Shown here: positions 27,138 to 39,842 of the stretch, in pieces
Numbering within the stretch: position 1 is the stretch's first letter
Layout of the letters: the number at the start of each line of letters is the position of its first letter
Source of the DNA: the human T2T-CHM13v2.0 reference genome, Homo sapiens
Length of the DNA: 64,000 bases
NCBI RefSeq assembly: GCF_009914755.1
Contig: NC_060935.1
Direction: 5' to 3' (one strand)
Position numbers and translations under genes: made by a program
The notes under the pieces: generated by a model
The model's input: only the letters and a program-made list of their open reading frames with translations
Told to the model about the DNA's origin: nothing
Databases searched by the model: none

Positions 27138-28126
27138 TTGATTTGTTAATTAGAGCTTTGTAGTTTTTCTCACTTGTACACATTTTGTTAGATTTATACC
27201 TAAGTATTTCATTTTTTTGGAATGCTAAAGTAAATGATATTTTGTTTTGAATTTTAGATTATACTTGTTCATTGATGGTATATAGAAAAGTGATTGACTT
27301 TTGTACATTAACCTTGATCCTGCCACTATGCTCTAATTATTAATTCCAGTTTTTTGTTGATTTTAAAAAAATTTCTACAATCATGATCATGTCATCTACA
27401 GACATTGACAGTTTTATTTCTTCCTATCAGTATACTTCTTATTCTTTTTCTTGTCTTATTACATTAGCTAGGACTTCCAGGACAATGTTGACAAGAAGTG
27501 ATGAGAAGAGACATTCTTGCCTTTTTCCTAGTCTTAGTAGGAAAGCTTCAAGTTTCTCACCATTAAGTGTGATGCGGGCTGTAGATTCTTACTTTACAGA
27601 TTTTTTTTTAGAATCATAAATAGGTGTTAGATTTTTTTAAATGCTTTTTCTGCATCTATTAATATGGTAATTTGATTTTTTCCCTTTAACATTTCACACA
27701 ATGGATTATGTTAATTGATTTTTGAATGTTGATCTCACCCTGCATACCTGGACTAAATTGTACACCAGGATCTACTGAGATTTAGTCCAGGTATGCAGGG
27801 TGGAATCAACATTCAAAAATACCTGGTCTAAATCTCAGTTGATCCTGGTGTACAATTATCTTTATATTGTTGAATTTAATCTGCTAATATTTTGTTGAGG
27901 ATTTTTGCATATATGTTAAAAAGAGATATCAGTCTGAAGTATTCTTTTGTTGTAATGTCTTCGTTCTTGGGAATAGGGTATGGCTGGCTTCATTGAATGA
28001 GTTAGGAAGTCTTTCCTCTTCTATTTTCTAAAAGAAATTTAGAGAACTGGTATAATATAATCCTTAAATAGTTGGTAGAATTTACCAGTGAACCTGTCTG
28101 ACCTGGTAATTTCTGTTTTTGAAGGT

Positions 28127-28290
28127 GCTATGGACTTGATGTTTGTGTCACCCTGAAATTCATGTATTAAAATTCTAACCCCCTATGTAATGGTGTTAGG
28201 AGGTGGAGCCTCTGAGAGGAGACTAGGCCATCAGGGTAGAGCCCTGATAAATGGGATTAGTGCCATTATAAGAGGCCCTTAGAGAAGGCT
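28127..28290. mobile_element. MLT1 LTR fragment
   Basis: tgctatggact...aaattcatgt...taggaggtggagcc...aatgggattagtgcc. Confidence 0.65.
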
Positions 28291-31200
28291 ATGATTGGGT
28301 ATTTCATTTACTTAAAATAGGTTAGGCTGTAATAAAATTCCAGCAAGTTAACAATAGGTTCTTCTGAGGGCAGGCCTTGTTAAGAAGAACAGAATACTGT
28401 GGATATTTAAAAATGTTTTTCCACATCTCCAGGAAGATGAATTTATCACTTATTTCCCTACTTTGCCACAGCAATTATTTTCTTTTTATCTAATACTTGA
28501 TTTTTTTTCCCATTAGTGTGGGTTTGGATATATTTTTTAAAAATTTTGTTTAACGTACAGACAGGACTTTTTCTAACATCTTCTGTGAGTGTCAGGTAGG
28601 GATCATGAAGTTAAAACTCACAAAAGTGTGAGAGACCCCCTGCCCTGTCCCACCTTGACTGGCTCCCCTAGAGTTTTTATCTTTCAGGTGTCTCTTTCAG
28701 GCTTCTCCACATTAAGAAGTACATCAATTAAGTTCAGGGTTTTCCGACCTACATCTACCCTCCTTGGCACTGGCTCCTGTGGGGTTTCTGCTTGTGGGTT
28801 TCTGCTCAGGGAAGGTGTGATTCTCTCTATCTGCCTGTCTATCTCTGCAATTTTGAGGGCAGCAATTTGCGTTGTGAGCTCACTTCTTTGATGGATTTAA
28901 GATGAATTGTTGGTATTTTAGTTTGTTCAGCTTTTTTCTTGTTGTTAGGGTACAGTGGTGACTTCTAAGCTCTTTACATGCTAGATTAGAAGTCCCCTTT
29001 ACTTTTCTTTAAAAAGAACTTTAAATGAAACATAAATTCCTTACCAAGATCTATACTGCCCTGAAGGGCTTGGCTTCTGTCCATCTCTTCAACCTCAGTT
29101 TGTTCTGTCCTTTCTCTTTTCCATTTCCTTTCAGGTACTAAGACGTTCCGTTGACTTGCACTTGCTCAGCTCTTTAAATATTGGAGCTTTCCACATGTAA
29201 CAATACTTTCCGTGGAGCAATGTTTCATCCTTCGGACCTCGGCTAAGTATCACCATTTAAAAAAAACCTCTGGTTACCTTCTTTACAGTAATATCTCACT
29301 CTTATTTTTCATCACAATACTCAGTATTTTAAATACTGATCACAGATTGTAATTTATTAAATTGTTCTCCTGACTTTCTTAGAAGATATAAAGTTAATGT
29401 AGGCAGGACTTTTATGCTGTTTTTTTTTTTCTGTTTCATTAACTATTGTATCTTAAGCTTATGGCATAGAACTTGGCATGAAAAAGATGCTCATAACAAT
29501 TTTTTAGAATAATAAATACATAGATAAATAGTTATAACAACTAAATAAAATATTTTAAAAACATATCCAAACCTACACTTGTAGGCAGAAAAAATGGAGA
29601 ATTAGATAAAAGGAAAAAAGCTGCTATTGCAAAGTGGGGAAAATGTGATAAATTCATCTTCTTAGCGAGAAGTGGCTGGGCTGATATTTTATTCTTGATT
29701 GGCAATCCTACTATAATGGTTGTTTTTTTCTCCCTTGTTACATCTTTCTGACCCTAGTTATGTGATTGATCTGACAATATCTCTACATGCAAATGTTCTG
29801 GAAAAATATGTGGAAAATCTCTGTGAACTTAATTAAGCAAAAGTCAGTCTTAGACAGAATCCAGTTCCAGGACTCCATGATTAATGTGCTTATAAGGTAC
29901 AAACTTTTCAATAATATTTGCCTCTGTCAGGTAGAAGATACTATCCTTTTAAGGGCTAATTATTTCAGAAGATGTTTTATTAGGCTTACCACATGATATA
30001 AAAAACGGACAAGAATTTCCTCTGCAAATTTCAAGCTTGAATACTTGGCCATAAGAAGACAAGAGAGTGAGATGGGCTAAACGTTGGAATGGCAGTTATT
30101 CTTTATTGAAATTACTAGAAAAGAAGTTATGAGAGAAAAATTTCCCTCTCAAAAAGGCTAGTTACTATCTTCTTATGTAGACATAGGATTTGTTTGTATT
30201 TTTAATAAATTATCCTAACATGAAAAGTTTTAGTTTTTCTGTTTGCACCATGGAATTTCTTTAAAATAGTTCTACAGTGCAAGTCATAATTTTCTGAAAT
30301 ACTTAGAAACTCTGAAGACAATGGACAGACGTGGCCATATGATTTCAAATATATCATCAAGGAATGATACAGCTTTTTGTCTTCTGTGTGCATATTGGAT
30401 TGAAGAGAGACTTCCAGCTCTTTGTGAGTGAGGTAAAGTGTTTTTCAAATCATAAATAAGCTTCCCAAAGGTAAGATTTTAACAGGTGGTAGTGAAACCA
30501 AGCTTTGCAGATGTGTGAATTTTTTACTACATAGGAAATTATATCATTTGATTTTGTAAGAATTGAAATGTTGAAAAACTTTTGCTGGTGCAAAGTTGCT
30601 GGTTAGGTTTTATATGATACTTGTCATGAGTATATTTAAAAAATACAAAAGTTAAGTCAGCAACCATGATATATCCTAAAAAGTTATACCTCCACCTAGG
30701 GAAGTAGGAGACTCATGGTGAAAACGTGATTTCTCGGACAGCATCAAGACTTTGGTTCTCTGATAAAATGACCCCTTGTATAGATCCTGAGATGAATTGA
30801 GTAGTAGATGCTCGGTGATGCCTGGGAGTCTATCTTATTTGATTGGTGTGACCCAATGTATGTGTTCAATCGACACTTGGTGGTTGAAAGAATAAATGAA
30901 AGACTGAACTTATAATACACCTTTCTACAATATTTAGCATTAATTTAGAGGTAAACTGCTTATGATTACTAAGATTGGCATCTGCAAAAGAATAGATAGA
31001 ACTAAAAAGATGCAAAACCAGTTTGAATATTTGAGGAGTGGTAAAAACCTTGAGCAGGTAAACATAGAGAATTGCAGGAAATTAGCTGAATAGGTTTCCT
31101 AGATCCCAGTCATCTAAGATCTTGTAGGCCAAGGTAGGGATATTGGACTTTATTGAGTATACAGGCCAAGGTAGGGATATTGGATTTTATTAAGCATATA

Positions 31201-31789
31201 ATAGGAATATCTTGTAGGGGTTGAGATCAAAGGAGTAATAGGATCTGAATAATATAAGAACAAAAAAAGATCATTTGGGCTACTTCAGAAACACAGATTG
31301 TCAAATGCCGAAAGGAAAGTAGGTAGACCTGGCTATTGTAGTAGACCAGGAATGAATGGGGTGTAGTGACAATGATCAGGTTTGTAATATATTATAGAGG
31401 AAGAGTGAACAGGACTTATTAAGTATAGAAATAAACAATGTGAGTAGAATAAAGGGTGAAGGACACTGATAAAATTTGGTCTGAACAATAACACAAAAGG
31501 GAGTACCATTTTATTAATTTGATTAAAAAAACCTAGGTAGGAATAGATATATTATGAAAAATTAAAAGTTTGCTTTTATAAATCGTAAATTGAAGTCTAT
31601 TTGGAGGCATCAATTAGATAGCTGCAGATATGAGTTTGAAAATTAGGGGAGAAATGGAGTAAAGACATACAATTTTAGAGTGCTTCAGAATTTACAAGTT
31701 AGGAAAACGAGCAATATTCAAGTAAAGACACTAAGAAGAAAGTTTCAGTGGGTCGGTAAGATATCTGGTACTGTGAGAGTTATGGACCA

Positions 31790-32590
31790 TACATTGTGTT
31801 GTATGACAATTATTGTTTCATTATGTACCCCCCACAAATTCATATTTTGGGGCCCTAACTCTTAGTACTTGAGAATATAACCTTATTTGAGGTGAGTCTT
31901 TGCAGAGGTATGCAAGTTAAAATAAGATGATTGAGGTGGACCCTAATCCAGTATGACTGATGTCCTTAATAGATGGGAAAATTTGGATACAGACATGTAT
32001 ACAAAGAGTATTCTGTAGGAACCTATAGTTGGTCATTTATAAGCCAAGGGCAGAGGCTTGGAACATCTCCTTCCCTTATAGTCTTCCATAGGAACCAACA
32101 CTGTTAATAAGTTAATTTTGAATTTCTAAGATCTAGAACTATGAGACAATAAATTTCTGTCGTTTAAGGCACTCAGTTTGTGCTACTTTATTGTACCTGT
32201 TCTAGCAAAATAATACAGCTTTCAGTTCTGGGAGTGGGGTACTGCTGCAATGAATACCTCAAATGTGGAAGTGGCTTTGCAACTGGGTAATGGGTAGATA
32301 CCTGCAGAGTTTGAGGGTGCATTATAGAAAGAGCTTGGATATCCTTCAAGTTACTGTGGGTAGGAATATGGACATTGAACAGTGATTCTGGTGAAGGCTC
32401 AGAAATGAAAGAGGGGAGCTGAGGAGAAAACATCTATTATCTTAGAGAATACATATTTCATCATGAACTAAATGTTTCTAGAAATTTGAATGTCAAGGTC
32501 CTTGTAGTTAAGGTCAAAAATGGAAATGAGGAACATGTTATTGGAAAGTGGAGGAAAAGCGTCATTGGTATAAGGTGGCAGCCCTAGTAA
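31790..32590 (+). mobile_element. MLT1C-like LTR plus start of the internal sequence
   Basis: gaccctaatccagtatgactgatgtcctt, ctagaactatgagacaataaatttctg, then MaLR internal-like aatgtggaagtggctttgcaactggg. Confidence 0.8.
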
Positions 32591-33134
32591 ATAATACAAA
32601 GAAATTTGGTCTATAGCCTTGCACACAAAATGCATTCTACCCACTATGAATATATATCTATTAAGTGCATCTTCAGTGTGATACTTCAGTGAGTTTATAC
32701 ATGGCACATCTTTTCATGGAATTCCCTTTTCCATCCTTTTCTCTCACTTCTTTAAACTCATTAAGGTATCACTTCCACTGAGAAATCTACCCAGAGCACA
32801 GTTGGGGTTAGAAGTTCCAAGGCTGTGAAGCCATAGCACAATGTAAATTATTTATAATCACACTTGCTAAATTGGTTTTTGTCTGACCACTTTATTGTGC
32901 AATTGTGACAGTACACTGAAGATTAACAACAAAATTGGCAATAAATAAATCTAAAGGGTATTTTTGTAATGATAAATAGTTTTCTATATGGACTTTAGCT
33001 CAAATGGCTTATATGCCAGAATCATCTCTGACATATGATATTTACTTGGCGCTTAGTCTTAGATATTATATTATTTTCTCTTCACCATTGAAAGGGTAAA
33101 ATCATCTTATGTTTAGATTATTTCTCTCTTCAGG

Positions 33135-33742
33135 TCATCTTTTGACCCAGACCTTTCTCAAAGCACTTTTCACCTCTGCATTTCTGAGGGTTAGACTAAA
33201 GGTTTTAACATAGGATTTATCACGGTATGAAACACAGCCATTGCTTTATTGATTGGGGAAGGGTCACTGGGCACAGATACACAGATATACAGAACTCAAA
33301 GATAAGATGACCATGGTGGTGTGAGAGATGCAGGTAGAGAACTTTAGCATCTTTCCTCCAAGCTGTGAGTTTTCAAAGTACATAGGATGGCCACTTAAGA
33401 AACCATCAAGAAAATGATGTTTAACAGGTAGTTGAACCCACCATTGGCAGCAACAAAGAAACCAATTGTATTAGTAGTACCCATGCAGAGGAGTTTCAAA
33501 AAAGTGTTTAAGTCACACATGAATGAGCTATGACATTGGGGTCATAGAAAGGAAGTCAGACTGGGGAGAGGATCTAAACTGTGCCTGGATAAAGCTTTCA
33601 GTACATGCCATTCCAGTGAGATGGCTACACCTATATTGATTCACGATGGTCATGTAGTACAGACGGTCACATAACAGCCATGGACCATCCACATCAGTGG
33701 AATAATCTCAGCAGCACAAAAAGATTCTCAGCAAAGACTTCC
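33135..33742 (-). pseudogene. OR4R2P: Heavily decayed, 5'-truncated OR family-4 pseudogene (not in the ORF track)
   Basis: Reverse complement gives AEIIPLMWMVHGCYVTVC, YMTIVNQ, PFYDPNVIAH, CDLNTFLKLLC, GFFVAANGG, LKTHSLEER, INKAMAVFHTVINPMLKPL and LRNAEVKSALRKVWVKR*, with many stops and indels. TM1-2 are not visible. Symbol inferred from gene order. Confidence 0.88.
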
Positions 33743-35624
33743 AGATACTTTATCCGTATTGATACAAGCATGGTACTACATATGCTCCCATATTTTTTTT
33801 ATTAAGTCATTAGGTACTCAAAAAAACTCAATAAACTTATATGATGATTTCATTTACAAAATATGACACAGAGTACTGATTAGCATTTGATATCTTACAG
33901 CAAGTGTTAGAAAAATTTATTTACTGGTTTAGATATTTCTCATAAAATGGTTGTCTATCTATTATCTATCTTCTTCATCATCATCTATCACTTTCTATCT
34001 AAATTATTTTCTAAAACCAGAGTGTTATAGACACTTTGAGAAAAATGAAGCATTTTCTACATGCATATTAAACATATGGTTTATGTAAAAGCCCAGTAAA
34101 TAAGGCTTTTGGTTTTCACAGCATCTAAAATAAGGCTGTTGATTAGAAATAAGTCAACTAGCTCAATGGAGACTTCCTCAGGGAAAGTTCAGTATCATTG
34201 AGAAGAAAATTTAGAAAGCTGTTGGCCAGTATTTATATACTATTTATCATTAATAGATTAAAATAGAGTTATTATGTATCTTTTCACCTCAGGAGCTATA
34301 ATTCTGTTTGGAAAAGTAGGTGACTAATGGTGAAAAGATGATTCCTTGGTTAGCACTAATATTTCTCCTCTGATAATCACTTTTGGTCTAAACCCTAACC
34401 CTGAATGAGTTTGTGAACATTCTGTGATGGCTGGGAGTCTACTTTATTTGAGAGGCATAACACAATGTAGGTGTCATATAAACATTTTTCAATTGAATGA
34501 ATAAATAAAAGATTACACTTACAATACACATTTCCACAATATTGACCATTATTTTAGAAGTAAGTGGCTTCTAATCTCTGAAATAAGTGTCTACAAAAAA
34601 TAGATTAAATTAAGGATATGGAAAAGCACATTGTATATTTGGTGAATATCGAAACTGTCTGGAGCAGTATAAATGTGGACAATTGTAAGGGATGGATTTG
34701 GGGAGGTAGCCTGGATCCAGGTCATCTAGGGTCTTGTAGGCCAAGGTAGAAAGATTCCATTTCATTGAGTGCAGAATATAAATCCACCATGGGGTTTTTG
34801 AGTAGAGGAGTGGTATGATATTAATAAGATTTTCAAAAGATCATTTGGGCTACTTCATGAAAGAACATTATTAGAGGCCAGAAGATGAGTGGAGAGATTT
34901 TGCAGGGGGCTATTAGAGTAGGCCAGGGGGTAACAAGATGGTAGTGAGAAGGATCCAATTGGGATATTTTGAAGGAAGAGTTAACAGGGTTTGAGAAAAA
35001 TATATTGATAAATAATATTAAAGAAATAGAGAAGTGAAATAGATTGTAAAATTTTTAGTTTAAACAGTGTGGTAGGTAGTAACATTTAATGAAATGAAAA
35101 TAAGGAAGAAATGGGTTAATCTGGAAAATTAAAAATTGATATCAATTGAACATGTCAGTTGGTAGTCACATACAAAGATCCATTCATAATTAGCTCTTCC
35201 CAGTTTGAAAATGTAAGTTAGTTACCTTAAGTGGTTTCTCGAGTATTATACATCTGTGAATTTATACAGGATGCACCTTTATGTGGAATTCCCTTCCCAT
35301 CCTCTCTTGTAGTTAATTATCACCTTTCCTTTATATCTCAGCTAAGACATTGCTTCCTCTGAAAAGTCTTTCCTGATCCTAGTTTGATTTAGTGTTTTAG
35401 CACTGTGAACCCTTACAATAATGTCAATATATTTATTATGACACCTATTTAATTGGTATTTAATTTATTCCCTTTGGTATTTTATTTACCAAATCACTGA
35501 GAGTACAAAATTGTGTCTTTTTCAACTTGGCAATTCCAAAGTCTATGACAGATTTGACATAGATACTGCATACACATTTTTAATTGAATGAGTAAATACA
35601 ATATTAAAATCATAATGTATTTAA

Positions 35625-35647
35625 AGTTTTCCCCCCTTGTTTTATAG
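35625..35647 (+). promoter_or_regulatory. 3' splice acceptor of the OR4A4P coding exon
   Basis: ttttccccccttgttttatag|gtaaac, 44 nt before the ATG. Confidence 0.7.
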
Positions 35648-35691
35648 GTAAACTGCTTATATGATCTGAAGTAAGCAGCTGTAAAGAATAG

Positions 35692-36591
35692 ATGGAGCCA
35701 AGGAAAAATGTGACTGACTTTGTCCTCTTGGGCTTCACACAGAATCCAAAGGAGCAGAAAGTACTTTTTGTTATGTTCTTGCTCTTCTACATTTTGACCA
35801 TGGTGGGCAACCTGCTCATTGTAGTGACCGTAACTGTCAGTGAGACCCTGGGCTCACCAATGTCCTTCTTTCTTGCTGGCTTAACATTTATAGATATCAT
35901 TTATTCTTCATCCATTTCCCCCAGATTGATTTCAGACTTGTTCTTTGGGAATAATTCCATATCCTTCCAATCTTTCATGGCCCAGCTCTTTATCGAGCAC
36001 CTTTTTGGTGGGTCAGAGGTCTTTCTCCTGTTGGTGATGGCCTATGACCGCTATGTGGCCATCTGTAAGCCCTTGCATTATTTGGTTATCATGAGACAAT
36101 GGGTGTGTGTTTTGCTGCTGGTAGTGTCCTGGGTTGGAGGATTTCTGCAATCAGTATTTCAACTTAGCATTATTTATGGGCTCCCATTCTGTGGCCCCAA
36201 TGTCATTGATCATTTTTTCTGTGACATGTATCCCTTATTGAAACTGGCCTGCACTGACACCCATGTTATTGGCCTCTTAGTGGTGGCCAATGGAGGACTG
36301 TCTTGCACTATTGCGTTTCTGCTCTTACTCATCTCTTATGGTGTCATCCTGCACTCTCTAAAGAAACTTAGTCAGAAAGGGAGGCAAAAAGCCCACTCAA
36401 CCTGCAGTTCCCACATCACTGTGGTTGTCTTCTTCTTTGTTCCTTGTATTTTTATGTGTGCTAGACCTGCTAGGACCTTCTCCATTGACAAATCAGTGAG
36501 TGTGTTTTATACAGTCATAACCCCAATGCTGAACCCCTTAATCTACACTCTGAGAAATTCTGAGATGACAAGTGCTATGAAGAAGCTTTAG
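35692..36591 (+). pseudogene. OR4A4P: Putative olfactory receptor 4A4: 299-aa ORF, OR4A47 paralogue with premature stop
   Basis: Seven-TM OR with [18 protein letters not shown] at codon 300 is followed in frame by SRDLISSST-TAA (36621). The conserved Cys before TM3 is Phe95; PMY->PMS; KAL->KAH. Confidence 0.92.
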
Positions 36592-37339
36592 AGCAGAGAC
36601 CTCATATCAAGTAGTACATAAGTGAGTTACCCACCAGGAAGAGAGCCATTTGACTTTACAGCCCTCTCCTTGGGACCCAGGAGTTTTTTAAAATCTGATG
36701 CCATATTCCCTTTCTTCAAAGCATTTACAATTATTATTAAAGAATGAACAATATGATTGTGTTAATAGTAACAGTCTACCTCTCTGCTAGAATGTAAGAT
36801 CTGTAATGTCTTGTTTTCCATTTTATCTGTAAAGACGTAATGCATAAAACAAGGAGTCAATAATATGTAGTGAATTAGTTAAGAAATTTTAGAGTTACAA
36901 TGATTTTTAATCAAGTTATTCCTGTATGTTTTTGCCTTTCTTTCTGAGACTTAATTTCATTTTTAGTTAGATTCTTGTCCTTTAAGTTCATTCTTCTTCT
37001 TATACTATTTAAAATAGTTAATGGTATAATTTATATCAATGCAGTCCTTTTCATCCAATTGAACTTGTACTGTATACAGATTTTTAATGTAATATTTCTA
37101 CCTTTTAAAAGAAAAATTGAAAGCCAAATGGATAATCATAAATAGCAAAAATGGAAACTGTACAAAATAATATAAAATGAGAAATAAATCTCTTGTCCAT
37201 GTCTGAGTGCAGTCTCCTAGTTCTCTTCATCAGAGGAAGTCACTATTATCTGTTTCTTAAGATGTTTCAGGTAATAATCTTCAAATGTAAATATATGTGT
37301 GTGATTTTATCTATGTACAGAAGCTTGCTACTTCACATA

Positions 37340-38115
37340 GAAGGGAGCTAGGGCCTAGGATGTGGGCTTCATAACTCTTCCCAGTCCCCTATCCTACTGT
37401 GGTCAGTTAGTTGCATCCAGGATGCAAGACAAAGCCCTCTTTACTCTTCACAATTCACTCTCCTCTCCTCAAGCAGAAGGAAGGAGTCACTTTTGTTGCT
37501 GCAAGCTGCACTGCCTGGGGTCAGGGGAGGGGTGGCACAAGCACTTCCTTGGCAGCCCTGGCTGGTGTCTCCATAGGTCATGTGCTCCCCTATTGCACTG
37601 GCTCTAAGTCCAACCCAGCACTAGGACTTGCCTAGGAATTGCAGTCCTTGTGTCCTAGGCTGCCTTTGAAGTTTACCTAAGAGCCCAGAGCACTTTAGCC
37701 CACAGTGGTGAGACTTTCCAAGAAATTCTAGTTTTGACTTCTGTGATGAGTGATTCCCCTCTGTCTAGAGCTGGTCCAAATGCAGTCTCCATGGGTGGGT
37801 GACAGTTGAGCTCAGCATGGCTTTGCTCTCTGCTGTGACAAGGTAGTACTGAGTTCAATGCCAAACCCCATGTCTATACTCTTTTTTTCCTCAAGTGCAC
37901 AGATTATCTCTTTGCACCATGCAGCCACTGCTGTGGAATTTAGGAGGGGTGTTATTGGTGATTTAAGACTGTCTTTCCTACCCTCTTAAGTATGTTTCAT
38001 TCAGTGATGTGAAGTTAAAACCAGGTATTTGGATTGCTCACCCGGTTTTCTGTTGTTATGCTTGCGCTTTTGTGTGTGTGCAATTAGTTGTTGAAATTCA
38101 GTGTTCCTGCAGGAG
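37340..38115 (-). mobile_element. Old L1 (L1PB/MA) 5'UTR fragment, followed by a short Alu fragment (~38116-38152)
   Basis: gcaagacaaagccctctttactctt, gaagttaaaaccaggt; then gggattacgggtgtgagcc. Confidence 0.7.
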
Positions 38116-38889
38116 GGACTGGGATTACGGGTGTGAGCCGTTATGCCCATCCCAAGGAACATTTTCTGTTACAGGGGGAGAGAGACAATAAACAAGTAAG
38201 CATGCACATAAAAAGATAAAATATAACAGAGTGGAAATGTGTAAAAAGTGAAACAAATGATGTGATAGAGAGCTACTCAACAGGTAGGGGGCTACGAGTG
38301 TTCAAAGGAGACCCAAGAGCACGTATTAACTGTTTACATAACCACTTCCAGAGATAAGAGACAATAAACTGAAAGGATATGAATAAGTAAACTCACTGGA
38401 GAGGAGTTTCTGTTTGTGGAAAGGGGAATTTTATCTGACCTGGATGAGTATCAATAACATCTCTCCTTGATTAAAAACTACACATTTTATTAAAAATAAA
38501 ATAAACATGATACATAAACACACACACATATTTTAGCAACCTTAACCTACTATAATTAATTCAGCTGTAATTAAAATAAGGATGATACAAAATTAAACAT
38601 ACATATTTAAGCTATCATCTTTTTTCAAAACACCTTGTGCGTGCCTCCTGGCAGTTGGTGAACTTTCTGATGTATTCAACAGCATTGATCTCCACTTTGT
38701 CTCTGCATGTTCTCCTTTTATTTTAATTTTTACCATTTTTTTTCCCACATGAAAGGTCTTGCAGTCACTTAGAAATGCTGAGATAAATTGACTGGTATAA
38801 AGTAAGGTATCTGATTAATGAAATTTACTCTAAAACTAATTGGCCTTTTCATGGACTATAAGACTATGCACAACCACTTCGTACTCAAA

Positions 38890-39205
38890 CATGCAATTCT
38901 CTTTCCAATGTTGTATGACCCAGTACCCAGCTCTTCAAAGCACATTTTTTTTTCTTGGTAGATCTCAGGTCTTCCTTCTGTTGCTGATGGCCTAGACAAC
39001 TATAGGGCCATCTGAAAGTCCTTGCAGTATTTGGTTGTCATGAAGCAATGGCTGTGTGTTGTGCTGCTGGTGGTGCCCTGGGCTGGAGGATTTTTGCACA
39101 CAGTAATTCAACTTGGCCTTATTCATGGGCTCCCATCTTATGACCCCAATGTCATTGGTCGTTTTGTCTGTGACATGGACCCCTTAATGAAGCTTGTCTG
39201 TGACT
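38890..39205 (+). pseudogene. OR4A3P: Internal OR4A fragment (TM3 to EC2 only)
   Basis: SFQCCMTQ...[47 protein letters not shown]...[21 protein letters not shown]. Symbol inferred from gene order. Confidence 0.85.
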
Positions 39206-39842
39206 ATACACTCAACAGATTTGTCTATTTTGCAGGTCATGACTTAAATACTAGGTTTTATATATTTCGTTTATATTCAGACTGGACTGTTTCCTTTTGG
39301 TGATTTGACTTTGGTATCCTTTTGTAATTTTTTCCCTAGAGGACATGATTCTATAAATCTTGTTATACACAGTTATTATCCCTGTGGCATCTCCGGAGAT
39401 ACAGAGCCTACCCTCAGAATTATGATAAAGGTCCCAATGAATTTAATTAGAGAAGAATCACCTTTGGAGATGCACCAGTTGAATGACTCAACAATATGTG
39501 CTGCAGTTCAAATGTGGATAAAGTATCCACAGACTTCTGCCCTTATTTTGAAGAGTATTTGTTTATAGCAGTATTCACATGACTGATTGTTTAGGAATTA
39601 AAATGACAGACTCAAACATGATAAAATAAGGATGAAAATTATTCTCCATCCTTCATATTACCCAAGGTTCAACTATGTGGCATGAATACAGGTTCATATA
39701 ACTGATTGAAGATCAATGTGTTGTAAAGGCTATTTCATTATTTTACTTTTATTGGTATAAATACAAATATTTATAGTAAAAAGTCACAATTCTCTCTCCC
39801 ACAGATTCAAGTTTTTTCTTAACTTCGAAATGCTTATTTAAC

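Larger units (their letters stand above)
25280..28125 (-). mobile_element. L1MC/MB 3' end and ORF2, interrupted by an L1PA and an Alu
   Basis: Antisense L1MC-type 3'UTR (cagtggtaca...tgtatgttctatg...ttggacaaat) and ORF2 motifs. Confidence 0.75.

Noticed and set aside
34390-34402. aaaccctaaccct as an interstitial telomere seed
   Set aside because: Only two units; expected by chance.
39305-39568. 87-aa ORF as the C-terminal half of the OR4A fragment
   Set aside because: No TM5-7 OR motifs; OR similarity ends near 39205.
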